A stretch of 64,000 nucleotides of DNA, taken from NCBI GenBank assembly GCA_016756725.1, contig JAESII010000005.1, forward strand, positions 78,996 through 142,995. Direction: 5' to 3'. The translations under genes and the position numbers were made by a program. Shown here in pieces: positions 37,424 to 47,693 of the stretch. How positions within the stretch are numbered: the first letter of the stretch is position 1; every line of letters begins with the position of its first letter. The DNA comes from Synergistaceae bacterium. Its GTDB lineage: Bacteria > Synergistota > Synergistia > Synergistales > Aminithiophilaceae. The notes beneath the pieces were generated by a model. It was not told the origin of the DNA and did no database searches. It was given only the letters and a program-made list of their open reading frames with translations.

Positions 37424-40400
37424 ATGACGCTGAAGGCAGAACTGCTCGGACCGCCCCGTTTCCACGTTGACGGCATCGACCTTGTCTTTCCCTTCCGCAA
37501 GGTCGAGGCGATGGCCTGCTACCTTCTCGTCGAGAGAAAGGCCACCCGGGAGACACTGATGGACCTCTTCTGGGGCGACCGCGACGGCGACCTGGCCTCG
37601 CGCAACCTCCGCAATGCCCTCTATGAGCTGCGCAAGATCTTCCCTCCCGGCGTCATCCTCTCCCAGGGCCAGCAGGTTCTCGTCGGCGACGGCGTGAGTC
37701 TCGACATCGACGACATCGGGCCAGAGACGGCCGATGCCTTCGCCTCCTGTCCCGTGAGACCCTTCTTGGAGGGCTTTTCCCTGCCTTCCTGTCCCCGCTT
37801 CGAGGAGTGGCTCCGTCAGACCCGGTCTCTTTTCGACCGGCGCCGCCGGCGCCTGATGCGCGATCTCGGACTTTCCCGGCTGGAAGGGGGGGCCTTCGAC
37901 GGGGCCCTGTCCTGTCTGGAGCCGCTTTTCGCCGCCGATGATCTCGATGAGGAGGCAGCCCGTCTCCTCATGACCGCCTACGCCGCCCTGGGCCGGCGCC
38001 GCGAGCTGATCCGGGTCTACGGCCACCTTGAGGAACGACTCCGGGAGGAACTGGCCGTGGCTCCCTCGCCGGAGACGGTCCTGCTCTGCGAGTCGCTCCT
38101 GTCCCAGGATGACGGAGCCCTGAAGCCGACCGATGAGACGCCGGCGAAGGACCTCTTCTTCGGCCGCGTCGCCGAACTGAGGGAGGCAGCGGCTTTCCTC
38201 GCCCCATCGGGTGCCCTTCGCTCCCTTTTCGTCTCCGGCGAGGCCGGCGTGGGCAAAAGCCTCTTCGTCGCCGAACTCCTTCATTCCCTGGCCGGCGATA
38301 TCCTGACCCTCCGCTGCGGAGCCGTCCGCAGCGACGAACGTCACCCTCTTTTGCCCTGGAACGACCTTCTCGAGGATCTCGCCTCCCGCGTCGACATCGA
38401 TTCCCTCGATTTTCCGCCCGCCCTCCGCTCCCTTCTGGCCGAGAGTTTTCCCTCCCTGGCGACGGCGACGACGGCCTATCATCCGGCCGGTCCCGAGAGA
38501 CTCGGCGTCGCCCTGGCCCGCCTTTTCGACAGCCTCTCGGGCCGCAGGCCTCTGGCTGTCGTCTTTGAAGATCTCCAGTGGTTCGACGACGAGTCCTTCG
38601 AGGTCCTCGAGAGCTTCCTGCTCCACCGTCCCGGGCCGCTTCTCGTGGTCGCCACCACCCGACACCGTCCCACCTGCCGGGGCCGGGAGATCTTCCGCTC
38701 CTGTTCCCGTGCCGGCCGGTGCCGGTTGAAGGAGATGGAGCTCTCCCGCTTCTCCCGTCCCGAGACGGAGGCCTTCTGCCGCCGGGTGCTTCCCGAGGGA
38801 AGCCTCGACGAGGAGGGGCTGATCCGCCTCTATGGCCTCACCGACGGTCTGCCCCTCTTTCTGGCCCGCCTTCTTCGTCTCGTCGCCGCCGGCCGGTCCC
38901 TGGACGCCGTTCCCGACAGCCTGGCCGAGGTCCTCGAGGAACGCCTAGACGGGCTTTCCCAAGAGGAGCGCTCCCTGCTGGAGCACCTCGCCATTTTCAC
39001 GACCCGCGCCGAATGGGATCTGCTGCGGCGTTTCACGGGCCTTTCCGAGGCGGCCCTGACGGGGCTCGTCGAGGGGCTGAGGGAAGCCGACCTTCTCGCC
39101 GAGAGCCTCGACGAGGGAGACCGGCTTCACATCGTCTTCAGCCATGATCTGGTCCGGGAGCACCTTTACCGTGCTCTTTCCGAGGCCCGACGCCGCCTCC
39201 TGCATGGCCGCATGGCCCGGGTTCTCATGGACGACCTCGGTGACCGCCGGTGGAACGACCTTCTCTGTTCCCGCATCATCGGCCATTGCCGCCGCGCCTC
39301 GATGGACGTGGAGGAGATGGAGTACTCCCTGAGAAAGCTCAAGCTTCACATCCACCTCAACTACGAACTCTTCCCCCTCCTCAGCGACGAGATCCTGCGG
39401 AGTGCCTCCTCGGCCTTCGAGGGCAAGAAGTACACCCGGGAACAGCTGAACGGACTGCGCCGTCTTTTGCAGTCCATCCGTCGCGACAGGGGGCCGACCG
39501 AAGAGGTGGCACGTCTGGAGGCGGCCTTTCAGGCCATCAGCGGCGGTTATCTCCTCTGGTGGGGGGACTACGGACAGGGCCGGCTTCTCGTCGACAAGGC
39601 CCTCCAGTGGGCCCGCCAGGCCGGCCAGGACGACCTCGTCCTCGATTGCCTCCAGCACCTCTGCTACTACGCCATTCAGATCGAGGAGGGGGCCCTTCTG
39701 GAGCGGCAGGGGCGTCTCCTGCTTGAAGCGGCGGCGGCGGCCGGACGGGAACCCTTCCGGGGGGCGGGGCTGCGCTTTTTCGCCATGGGGCAGGTCTTTC
39801 AGGGAAACTACGGGGGCGGGGCCGGTGCCCTGCGGGCCTCGATCGACCGCTTCCTCGCCATCGAGGCCCTCGACGAGCCCTATACCCTCCAGGTGGCGGC
39901 GGCCCAGAATTACCTGGGCGACATCGCCCATCGCCAGGGCCGGCTGCGGGAGGCCCTGGCCCTCTACCAGGCCTCCATCGACCGCTGCGCCGACGAGGGA
40001 ATCTACCGGGGGCTCTGCTGTTTTCACAGCAACGCCGCCCACGTGGCCTTCGATCTGGGCGACGAGAACCTTTTCGAGAGCCATCTCGCCGCCGCTCAGG
40101 CCCTGCAGGGGGGGAGAGAGAGCTGGCGCGGCAACGGCGTCCTCTTCAGCCTCCTTGCCCTGAGCGCGTCACGACGGGGAGACGAGACGATCGCTCTGGA
40201 GGCCCTCAGCCAGGCCGACCGCCTCGCCAACGATCTGAAGAAGCGCTTCTGGCAGGCCCTGCAGCTCGAGGTTAAGGGACGGATCAAAGGGGAAGCCCCT
40301 GAGGGGAGCCTTCTCGGCCAGGAGCTGGACGACGGCCGAACCTATCTGGAAGGGGCTCTCGGTCACTACCAGGTCATGGCAATGAGTCACAAGATCGATT

Positions 40401-40498
40401 CCGTCAGGGCGGCCCTCACACAACGGGGCGCATCGGCGGGCCCCGGAACCTCGGGGGGCAGGGGAAATGAAAGAAGAGGAGAGAACGGAAAGGGATGA
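37424..40498 (+). CDS. SARP/BTAD-AAA ATPase-TPR transcriptional activator
   Basis: wHTH 'RETLMDLFW..ASRNLRNALY', BTAD 'DEEAARLLM.AY..G', Walker A GEAGVGKS, Walker B VFEDLQW, 'FSHDLVRE'; TATAAT at 37402. Confidence 0.85.
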   Translation: MTLKAELLGPPRFHVDGIDLVFPFRKVEAMACYLLVERKATRETLMDLFWGDRDGDLASRNLRNALYELRKIFPPGVILSQGQQVLVGDGVSLDIDDIGPETADAFASCPVRPFLEGFSLPSCPRFEEWLRQTRSLFDRRRRRLMRDLGLSRLEGGAFDGALSCLEPLFAADDLDEEAARLLMTAYAALGRRRELIRVYGHLEERLREELAVAPSPETVLLCESLLSQDDGALKPTDETPAKDLFFGRVAELREAAAFLAPSGALRSLFVSGEAGVGKSLFVAELLHSLAGDILTLRCGAVRSDERHPLLPWNDLLEDLASRVDIDSLDFPPALRSLLAESFPSLATATTAYHPAGPERLGVALARLFDSLSGRRPLAVVFEDLQWFDDESFEVLESFLLHRPGPLLVVATTRHRPTCRGREIFRSCSRAGRCRLKEMELSRFSRPETEAFCRRVLPEGSLDEEGLIRLYGLTDGLPLFLARLLRLVAAGRSLDAVPDSLAEVLEERLDGLSQEERSLLEHLAIFTTRAEWDLLRRFTGLSEAALTGLVEGLREADLLAESLDEGDRLHIVFSHDLVREHLYRALSEARRRLLHGRMARVLMDDLGDRRWNDLLCSRIIGHCRRASMDVEEMEYSLRKLKLHIHLNYELFPLLSDEILRSASSAFEGKKYTREQLNGLRRLLQSIRRDRGPTEEVARLEAAFQAISGGYLLWWGDYGQGRLLVDKALQWARQAGQDDLVLDCLQHLCYYAIQIEEGALLERQGRLLLEAAAAAGREPFRGAGLRFFAMGQVFQGNYGGGAGALRASIDRFLAIEALDEPYTLQVAAAQNYLGDIAHRQGRLREALALYQASIDRCADEGIYRGLCCFHSNAAHVAFDLGDENLFESHLAAAQALQGGRESWRGNGVLFSLLALSASRRGDETIALEALSQADRLANDLKKRFWQALQLEVKGRIKGEAPEGSLLGQELDDGRTYLEGALGHYQVMAMSHKIDSVRAALTQRGASAGPGTSGGRGNERRGENGKG

Positions 40499-41196
40499 AG
40501 TCGATGAAGACGATCGGACTGATCGGCGGCTTGAGCTGGGAATCGAGCCGCGACTACTACCGTGTCATCAACGAGGAGGTGGCCTCCCGCCTGGGAGGGC
40601 TCCATTCGGCGGAGTGTGTCATGACCTCCCTCGATTTCGCGCCCCTCGCTCAGGCCATGGCCGACGGGGACTGGGAGATCTGCCGGCGCCGCGTCATCAA
40701 CTCGGCTGAAAGGCTCAGGGAGGCCGGAGCGGAGGTGCTCCTGATCTGCTCCAACACGATGCATCGTTACGCCGGTGACGTCGAAGCGGCGACGGGACTG
40801 CCCCTGCTTCACATCGTCGACGCCATCGGGCGGGCGGCGACGGAGAGGGGGCTTACCCGGGTGGGGCTCCTGGGGACCCGTCCCCTCATGGAGGCCGATC
40901 ACTACCGGGGGAGGATGGAGGAGCGGTGGGGGCTTTCGACCCTGATCCCCGGCGAGGACGAGCGGGAGACGATCAATCAGGTCATCTTCGGCGAACTCTG
41001 CCGCGGCATCGTCCGCGAACCCTCGCGCGACCTGTTCCTGAAGATCATCGACGGTCTTGCCGACCGGGGGGCCCAGGGCATCGTCCTGGGCTGCACGGAG
41101 ATTCCCATGCTCGTCCGAGAGGGCGACAGTCCCCTGCCACTCTTCGACTCCATGACGCTTCACGCAAGAGGGGCCGTCGATTTCTCCCTGGCCTGA
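40495..41196 (+). CDS. Aspartate/glutamate racemase family (YgeA/RacX-like)
   Basis: MKTIGLIGGLSWES, ICSNTMH and LGCTE (both catalytic Cys). Confidence 0.92.
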   Translation: MKSMKTIGLIGGLSWESSRDYYRVINEEVASRLGGLHSAECVMTSLDFAPLAQAMADGDWEICRRRVINSAERLREAGAEVLLICSNTMHRYAGDVEAATGLPLLHIVDAIGRAATERGLTRVGLLGTRPLMEADHYRGRMEERWGLSTLIPGEDERETINQVIFGELCRGIVREPSRDLFLKIIDGLADRGAQGIVLGCTEIPMLVREGDSPLPLFDSMTLHARGAVDFSLA

Positions 41197-41325
41197 GGAT
41201 CCTGCCTGAAAAAGGAAGGCTCAGGCAGCGCCGTGATCTCCCTCGGTCATCCAGGCCCCTTCCCGTCGGCGCGAAGGGGCCTCTGTCGTGGTATCATCGC
41301 TCCTAACGAAACCGGAGGTGAAGCC

Positions 41326-42426
41326 ATGGGCTGGAAGAAGCGGATGTCTCAGGCTGTCAGGGAGATGGAGTTCGCCGAATACGGGAGTTTCTTTGAGGAT
41401 CGGCCGGTGATCGTCGACTGCGCCTTGGGAACGAATCCTCTCGGTTCACCGGAATCGGTCGCGGAAGGGCTGGCTCAAGCCTCCTGCTGGGATGTCGGCC
41501 TCTATCCCGGCGATGATCTGCCGCTTCGGCGCCTTCTGGCCGACTATTGGGGCCGTTCCTTTTCCCCCGAAGAGGTCGTCCTGGGCACGGGCTCGATCGG
41601 CCTTCTCGTGGCGATGGCGCGGACCTTCTGCGCTCCCGGAGCCTCCGTTCTCGGCGTGAGCCCCCAGTTTCCCGACGGCCCCATGCACGTTCAGTTTTCC
41701 GGCGCAGCCTACCGGCCTCTTTCACTGGTTCCTCCCGACTATCGGCTTCATCTGTCTCGCCTGAGGGAGGCGCTGACGGGTGAGGAGTCTCTCGTCTACC
41801 TCGACAGGCCCCACAACCCGACGGGACAGGTTCCTCCTCTGGCCGAAGTTCAGACTCTGGCGGAAGCCTGCGAGACGACAGGAAGTCTTCTCGTCGTCGA
41901 TGAGGCCTACGGCGATTATCTGCCTCCCCAAGAGTCGGCGCTCAATCTGCGCCATGCCTCCCTCATCGTCCTCCGTTCCTTTTCCAAAGGCTGGGGGCTG
42001 GCGGGAATCCGGGCCGGCTATGCCGTCATCCGCGATGACGAAGCCCGTCGTTTCATGAAAAAAACGATGCCCCCCTTTTCGCTCAATGCCGTCGCCATGC
42101 GCCTTCTTGCCACCGTCCTCAAAGACGATGCCTTTCTTCTCCGCTCCAGAGAGGCCGTGAAAGCCGTGAAAGCGCCCCTCCTGGCTTCCATCGAGGCGAC
42201 ACCCCGCTTCTCCGTCGCGGCGACTCACGCTGAAGTGCCGATTTTTCTCCTCTCCTCTCATATCGACGGCGACAATCTCTACGACCGTCTCATGAGCGAG
42301 GGAATCCGGACCGAGGCGGGAACGTGCTTTGACGGTTTAGGGGCCCAAAGTGTCCGCGTCCGCGTTCCTGCGCCCGATCAGGTCGATCTTTTTCTCGAGC
42401 GTTGGCATGGCGCCGTTGGAAGTTGA
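41326..42426 (+). CDS. Class I/II PLP-dependent aminotransferase (HisC-like)
   Basis: PHNPTG, VVDEAYGDY, RSFSKGWGLAGIRAGY; RBS GGAGG; extended -10 TGgTATCAT upstream. Confidence 0.85.
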   Translation: MGWKKRMSQAVREMEFAEYGSFFEDRPVIVDCALGTNPLGSPESVAEGLAQASCWDVGLYPGDDLPLRRLLADYWGRSFSPEEVVLGTGSIGLLVAMARTFCAPGASVLGVSPQFPDGPMHVQFSGAAYRPLSLVPPDYRLHLSRLREALTGEESLVYLDRPHNPTGQVPPLAEVQTLAEACETTGSLLVVDEAYGDYLPPQESALNLRHASLIVLRSFSKGWGLAGIRAGYAVIRDDEARRFMKKTMPPFSLNAVAMRLLATVLKDDAFLLRSREAVKAVKAPLLASIEATPRFSVAATHAEVPIFLLSSHIDGDNLYDRLMSEGIRTEAGTCFDGLGAQSVRVRVPAPDQVDLFLERWHGAVGS

Positions 42427-42481
42427 CAAGGTCCCCGGGGTGTTATGGGCTCCCCGCAAAGCCGTTGTCGGCAATATTTCC

Positions 42482-42516
42482 CCTGCCTACCCCGTCAAGT
42501 CGTCGGCAGGTTTTTT
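42482..42516 (+). terminator. Terminator after the aminotransferase
   Basis: cctgcc...ggcagg followed by TTTTTT. Confidence 0.5.
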
Positions 42517-42797
42517 GTCCTCTTGAAACGAGGACCGGACCGGTTTCCCTGAAAGGAGGATTACCCGTGGACGTCCTTTCCCAGACGAGGGTGAGCGCTC
42601 TTTGTCTTGTACCGCCTGATGTTTCGGGGCCCTCCTAGCCGGTCGACTTTTTAGTCGCCGAGGTCAGGAAGAGGGGAACTCCCGGAAGGGGGTTCCCCTC
42701 TTTCCTCCAAGGCGGAGCGACCGAGGGCCTCGGGAATGACCGAGAGCCCTGATGAGAATAGATGTGTCTATCCTGGAGTGGAAAGGTGTGAGTTGAG

Positions 42798-43937
42798 ATG
42801 AGTCCAGCCGCAGAGAGAGACAAAGGGTTTTTCGGGAGAATGATGGCTTCCTCGTCCTACAAAAAGTTTATTCTTCCCGGACTGGTGTCTCAGTCGGTCG
42901 TCGTGGCGGGGGGATATGGAACGGGGCGTGAGCTAGTCGAGTATTTCGTGAGCTACGGAAGCCTGGGGGGCATCCTGGGGATGGGTCTCGTCACGACCCT
43001 TCTCTGGTCCCTCGTTTTCGCCGTCAGCTATGAGTTCGCCCGCACCTTTAAGGTCTACGACTACCGCAGCTTCTTCAAGGAGCTTCTCGGTCCGGGATGG
43101 GTGCTCTACGAGGCCTGCTACATCGTCCTTCTCCTCATCGTCCTCGGCGTCGTCGGGGCCACGTCCGGCAGCATCTTCATGCAGTCCTTCGGCCTTCCGC
43201 CCCTTGTCGGCGCGGCGCTCTTCCTCGGCGGCGTGGCCACGCTGACCTTCTTCGGCAGCTATGTCATCGAAGTGGCCATGTCCTGGTGGTCGTACCTTCT
43301 TTATGCCGTCTTCTTCGTCTTTCTTCTTGTCGGCCTCTCTCAGGTGGGCGGTCAGATCGGGGCCAATCTCTTTTCCGGCGAGATCAAGGAAGGGTGGGCC
43401 CTGGGCGGATTCAAGTACGCCTTCTACAACATGGGGACTTTTCCGGCCATTCTCTTTGCCCTGAACTACATCGAAAACCGTAGGGAAGCCCTCCTTTCCG
43501 GGGTGATGACGGCCGTCATCACGATCCTTCCCGGCTTCTTTCTCTACCTCGTCATCATGGGTTTCTACCCCTCCATTCTCGACACGGAGCTCCCCACCTA
43601 CGCCATCCTCGAGTCGATCGCGCCCTGGCTTCTGCCGGTCTACATGGTCGTTCTCTTCGGGACGATGATCGAGACCGGTGCCGGGTTCATCCACGCCGTG
43701 AACGAGCGGATCAACTCCTGGCTCGTCGACCGCAAGGGGGCGGGACTGACCCGGGCCAACCGCGGCTTCCTCGGCGGCGTCATGGCTCTCGTCGGTCTGG
43801 GCATCGCCTCTTTCGGCCTGATCGGTCTCATCGCCAAGGGCTATGGAACGATCAGCTGGGGCTTTTTCCTCCTTCACGGAGTGGCCCTCTTCACCCTGGG
43901 GATCTACAAGATCAGCAGAAAGAACGCCGCCCGCTGA
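42798..43937 (+). CDS. YkvI-like membrane transporter
   Basis: 'GGYGTGRELVEYF', about 10 TM helices, 'FGLIGLIAKGYG'. Confidence 0.75.
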   Translation: MSPAAERDKGFFGRMMASSSYKKFILPGLVSQSVVVAGGYGTGRELVEYFVSYGSLGGILGMGLVTTLLWSLVFAVSYEFARTFKVYDYRSFFKELLGPGWVLYEACYIVLLLIVLGVVGATSGSIFMQSFGLPPLVGAALFLGGVATLTFFGSYVIEVAMSWWSYLLYAVFFVFLLVGLSQVGGQIGANLFSGEIKEGWALGGFKYAFYNMGTFPAILFALNYIENRREALLSGVMTAVITILPGFFLYLVIMGFYPSILDTELPTYAILESIAPWLLPVYMVVLFGTMIETGAGFIHAVNERINSWLVDRKGAGLTRANRGFLGGVMALVGLGIASFGLIGLIAKGYGTISWGFFLLHGVALFTLGIYKISRKNAAR

Positions 43938-43964
43938 CGGCGTAGAAAAACGGAGGCAGTGGCC

Positions 43965-45356
43965 ATGGATTGGAAGGCACTTGTGCCGCACACGAGCAAG
44001 TCGATCGCCCGCAGCGGCGAGATCATCGACAGAGAAGGCGGAGTCCTGCCCGGCGCGATGGCCATCAAGTACTTTCCCATGGCCGTCGAGAGAGGCCAGG
44101 GGTCTCTCGTCTGGGACGCCGACGGCAACCGCTACATCGATTTTCTGACCAGCGCCGCCGTCTACAACGTCGGTCACTGTCACCCCGCCGTCGTCGAGGC
44201 CGTGCGGGATCAGGTCGGCAGGCTTCAGAACTACACCATCGTCTATTTCTACAACGACAGGCCGATCCGCCTTGCCGAAGAGCTCATCAGGACGATGCCG
44301 GGGACCTTCCCGAAGAAGGCGACCTTCGCCTTTTCCGGCTCCGACGGCGTCGACGGGGCCATCAGGGCGGCCCGTTCCTTCACCGGACGGAGGCAGGTGC
44401 TTGCCTTCAGGAACTCCTATCACGGGATGACGACGACCTCCCTTTCCGTGACGGGCATCGTCGGCCAGGCCGTCAAGGACCGCATCTGTCCCGACCCCAA
44501 CGTGGTCTTTCTCGAATACCCCGATCCCTACAGGAACTCCTGGGGTATCGACGGGTACAGGGACCCCGAGGCTCTGACCGAGGCAGCCATGGCGGCCGTC
44601 GAAGAGGCCGCCGCAACCCATCGGGGCGACGTGGCGGCCCTGCTCATCGAGCCGGCCCAGGGTGACGGCGGCATGCTCTTTCCCCCCCGTTCCTTCATGA
44701 AGGCCCTCAGGGAACTGACGGAGCGGGAGGGGATCGTCTTCATCGACGAGGAGGTCCAGACCGGCCTGGGTCGCAGCGGCAGGTGGTGGGCCATCGAGCA
44801 CGACGACGTCGTGCCGGATCTGATCGTATCGGCCAAGGCCCTCGGCGGCGGGCTCCCTCTTTCGGCCATCCTGGGCCGGGCCGAAATTCTCGACAGTCTA
44901 CCCTCGCCGCTTCTGGCCTACACCCACACGGGTCACGCCGTGAACTGCGCTGCTGCCGAGGCCACCCTGGCCGTCATCCGCGCCGAGGCCTTGACGGAAA
45001 AGGCCGAGGAAAAGGGTCGCCGCCTGGCCGACTGGTTCCGTGAACGGGCACGGCGCTATCCCTTCATCGGCGACATCCGCCAGAGAGGGCTGCTGATGGG
45101 CGTCGAAATCGTCTCCGACAGAAAGACGAAGGCGCCCGACAAGGCCATGGCTCTCAGAATCTCCTGGGCTGCCTGGGAGCGAGGCCTTCTGCTCATCACC
45201 TTCGGAAGGGACGGCAACGTCCTCCGCCTGGCCCCGCCGCTGAACATTCCCGAAGACCTCTTCGTCGAGGCCCTGGAGATGATCGACGGCGCCCTTGACG
45301 ACGCCTCTTCGGGCCGCGTCTCCGACGAGATCCTGGCCCACCTCAAGGGATGGTAG
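43965..45356 (+). CDS. Class III PLP enzyme, probable amino-acid racemase (BAR/Ile-2-epimerase-like) rather than GabT
   Basis: DFLTSAAVYNVGH, SGSD, SYHG, EPAQGDGG, DEEVQTGLGRSG, AKALGGG. Confidence 0.8.
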   Translation: MDWKALVPHTSKSIARSGEIIDREGGVLPGAMAIKYFPMAVERGQGSLVWDADGNRYIDFLTSAAVYNVGHCHPAVVEAVRDQVGRLQNYTIVYFYNDRPIRLAEELIRTMPGTFPKKATFAFSGSDGVDGAIRAARSFTGRRQVLAFRNSYHGMTTTSLSVTGIVGQAVKDRICPDPNVVFLEYPDPYRNSWGIDGYRDPEALTEAAMAAVEEAAATHRGDVAALLIEPAQGDGGMLFPPRSFMKALRELTEREGIVFIDEEVQTGLGRSGRWWAIEHDDVVPDLIVSAKALGGGLPLSAILGRAEILDSLPSPLLAYTHTGHAVNCAAAEATLAVIRAEALTEKAEEKGRRLADWFRERARRYPFIGDIRQRGLLMGVEIVSDRKTKAPDKAMALRISWAAWERGLLLITFGRDGNVLRLAPPLNIPEDLFVEALEMIDGALDDASSGRVSDEILAHLKGW

Positions 45357-45384
45357 AGGACGTAAGGCCGACCGTTCCAACAGG

Positions 45385-45430
45385 ACAAAAGGAGGAGGCC
45401 CCGGGTTTTCCCGGGGCCTCCTCCTTTTGT
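45385..45430. terminator. Bidirectional terminator
   Basis: Perfect IR acaaaaggaggaggccccggg-tttt-cccggggcctcctccttttgt. Confidence 0.9.
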
Positions 45431-45544
45431 CGGTAGGTTTTGGATTATCCTGGAGGTTGGCAGGCCACAACACGAAGGGCTCGGCTTGTCCCCACAGAAG
45501 GTGATCCGGGCAGCAGTCCAGAGCATAAGGATCAGTGGCGTTCG

Positions 45545-46231
45545 TTACAGTGAGGAATCAGACGCACCGACGAGTCCTTTCAAAGCATCCTCTACGGAAC
45601 AGGCCTTGTCGGAAGGGAGTATTTCAAATACTTTGTCGACATATGTATAATCACTATAGCCTAGTCTGGCTAAAGGCTTGATTCTGGCGATGTCAATCTT
45701 GTTGTCGGATCCAATGTAGTTATCGTCGATGTAAATGCTAATTGCTTCTCCAATTATAATATCAACAGTTCCATGGGTGCCCTTGCCCGGTAATCGCAAG
45801 GTCTGGGTATATCTGCACTCAATTTGAACAGGAGAGCCTTCAATGCTATATGGCTTGACTGAATTGGATTTAATTTTCTTGATTCCTGCTGCCTCAAACT
45901 CATCTATTTCTGAGTTGAATGGCGATGCAGTTATGTTCATTTCCTGGGACATATGATATGGAACCATGCCACAGACAAATTCTCCAGTTTCCTCAATGTT
46001 GACGGTGGTGTCTTTGCGCCTCCCATTGTGGTTTTGGTTTATGGAAATCATAACGTAATATGGATCAAAAGTTAGATTTTGAAACTGACTATAAGGAGCA
46101 AGGTTGGGAATGCCATCTTTGCTTATAGTGGAAACCCATGCAATTGGCCTCGGCACGCAACATGATTTTATAGGCACTTTGAGTAATTCCTGGTTTTTTT
46201 GATTAGGGTAGTAAATCATTTTGGCCTCCAA
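45545..46231 (-). CDS. Flavin reductase-like (DIM6/NTAB) protein, AT-rich
   Basis: VPRPIAWVST..G..NLAPYS, KDT..NI..TGEFV, PLARLG. Confidence 0.88.
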   Translation of the reverse strand: MEAKMIYYPNQKNQELLKVPIKSCCVPRPIAWVSTISKDGIPNLAPYSQFQNLTFDPYYVMISINQNHNGRRKDTTVNIEETGEFVCGMVPYHMSQEMNITASPFNSEIDEFEAAGIKKIKSNSVKPYSIEGSPVQIECRYTQTLRLPGKGTHGTVDIIIGEAISIYIDDNYIGSDNKIDIARIKPLARLGYSDYTYVDKVFEILPSDKACSVEDALKGLVGASDSSL

Positions 46232-46293
46232 TTTAATATTAAATTTTAATATTTTTTTCTTGTAATTTTGATGGATAAGCTGAAAAATTTCAT

Positions 46294-47631
46294 CTAGTAA
46301 AAGAATTTAAAAGTAACAGCAGCAATTGGTGTAATAAAGATCAATGCCAGTATCGTTCTTTCGACGGAGATGATGACAATGTCTTTGATGGTAAGCGGAA
46401 TGTTAGATGCCGCAATTAATGGAACAGTTGACGCGAGCTTTATTACCTGGACGGCAGTGAGCAGGCTGACTACATATTTTACAAAGTCAGAAGAGTTAAT
46501 GACAGTCAATACGGGCAAATACATTTCTGCGACACCAATGAAAGCTGCCTTCGCTACAAGAAGAGCATCTGGAATCTGTAGAAGCAAAGTCAAAGGGTAA
46601 AAAGCATATCCCAAGTAATCGAAAACCGGCGTTTTATTGACTAGCAAAAGACCAAAGAGCCCGATGGACATAAAGTGCGGCAAAACCTCGAGAGCCAGGC
46701 CAAATCCGTTTTTCAGGTTTTTTGATACGTTTTTAAGTATCTTGCCGCCGTTGTTGCATATGGTTACGCCTTCTCCCAATGCTCCTGAAAAGAGGTTGCC
46801 TTCGATCTCTTCCTCCGGGTAGCCTTCTTCATTAAGATAGTAGGTGTCTGGGAGTTTGCTGAGAGGGTAAATCCTGGCCGTTACTGCAGTAACCATGAAT
46901 GTGACAACAAGGGCCGTAACAAAAAATGGTATCCACATATTCATCAGGCCTATAGTTTTAACGACAACGATCATGAAGGAAATGTCGACAAGGGAAAAAC
47001 CCGTCGCAATGATAGCCGCTTCTCTCGTGGTGTATTTTCTGTTGGTGTACATGATGTTGGTGACCATGATCCCCATGCCTGTGCTTCCCACAAAGGATGT
47101 GACAGCATCGACAGCTGATCTTCCTGGGGTCTTGCACATTCTTCTCATGAAGGGTCGCACTAGATGTCCAACAAAATCAATAAATCCATAATCAATCAAA
47201 AAGGTCAAAAACATGGCCCCAAACAGAAACATAGCTCCGACATTAATTGCAAGCACGTTAAATAGAAACGGGGCATATTCTTTTTGAAGAATTAAGTTCG
47301 GTCCGACTTGGAAGAATACCATAATGCTTACGATTGCGCCAATGACTTTGGATATGGTGAAGAATATATTAGAGCTGGTTTTGTTCCATGTCTTTCTGTA
47401 AAATGGCATAATTGATGCAATAATAATTGTTACAAAAGCATAGAGCTTGAAGCTCTGAGGCGATGCCTTGATTAGTGTGGATACTAAATATTCTATGGGT
47501 ATTGTTGTTCTGCCTCCGACATTGATGGGGCAAAAGAAAACAAAAACAGCGATAGCGCCAAATGCGAAGAACTTTAAAACGTCAATTGTGGCTAATTTGG
47601 TGTTGGTGCTGTTCCCTTTTGTCTTATCCAT
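46294..47631 (-). CDS. YjiH-family (Gate domain) transporter, AT-rich
   Basis: 'PGRSAVDA..SFVGS', 'YTTREAAIIATGFS'; RBS GGAGG before MDKTK. Confidence 0.82.
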   Translation of the reverse strand: MDKTKGNSTNTKLATIDVLKFFAFGAIAVFVFFCPINVGGRTTIPIEYLVSTLIKASPQSFKLYAFVTIIIASIMPFYRKTWNKTSSNIFFTISKVIGAIVSIMVFFQVGPNLILQKEYAPFLFNVLAINVGAMFLFGAMFLTFLIDYGFIDFVGHLVRPFMRRMCKTPGRSAVDAVTSFVGSTGMGIMVTNIMYTNRKYTTREAAIIATGFSLVDISFMIVVVKTIGLMNMWIPFFVTALVVTFMVTAVTARIYPLSKLPDTYYLNEEGYPEEEIEGNLFSGALGEGVTICNNGGKILKNVSKNLKNGFGLALEVLPHFMSIGLFGLLLVNKTPVFDYLGYAFYPLTLLLQIPDALLVAKAAFIGVAEMYLPVLTVINSSDFVKYVVSLLTAVQVIKLASTVPLIAASNIPLTIKDIVIISVERTILALIFITPIAAVTFKFFY

Positions 47632-47693
47632 TGCTATGTCCTCCGTTTCTTGTTGGAGTGCCTGCTTTTTATTCACTGGCAGTTTCTGGCGGC

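Noticed and set aside
31943-38665. 2240-aa minus-strand ORF and other long antisense ORFs (e.g. 18263-20875, 5216-7483, 26043-28358)
   Set aside because: Shadow ORFs from high-GC codon bias opposite well-supported genes; no recognisable motifs
37424-40498. SARP-type activator as regulator of the RiPP cluster
   Set aside because: It is 11 kb away and translationally coupled to the racemase; nothing in the sequence links it to the cluster
42749-42785. CUGAUGA...GAAA hammerhead ribozyme-like core
   Set aside because: Stem II is not directly followed by GAAA and I could not find stems I/III with a cleavage triplet
45431-45544. IS or transposase remnant at the edge of the AT-rich insert
   Set aside because: No terminal inverted repeats, target duplication or transposase motif found
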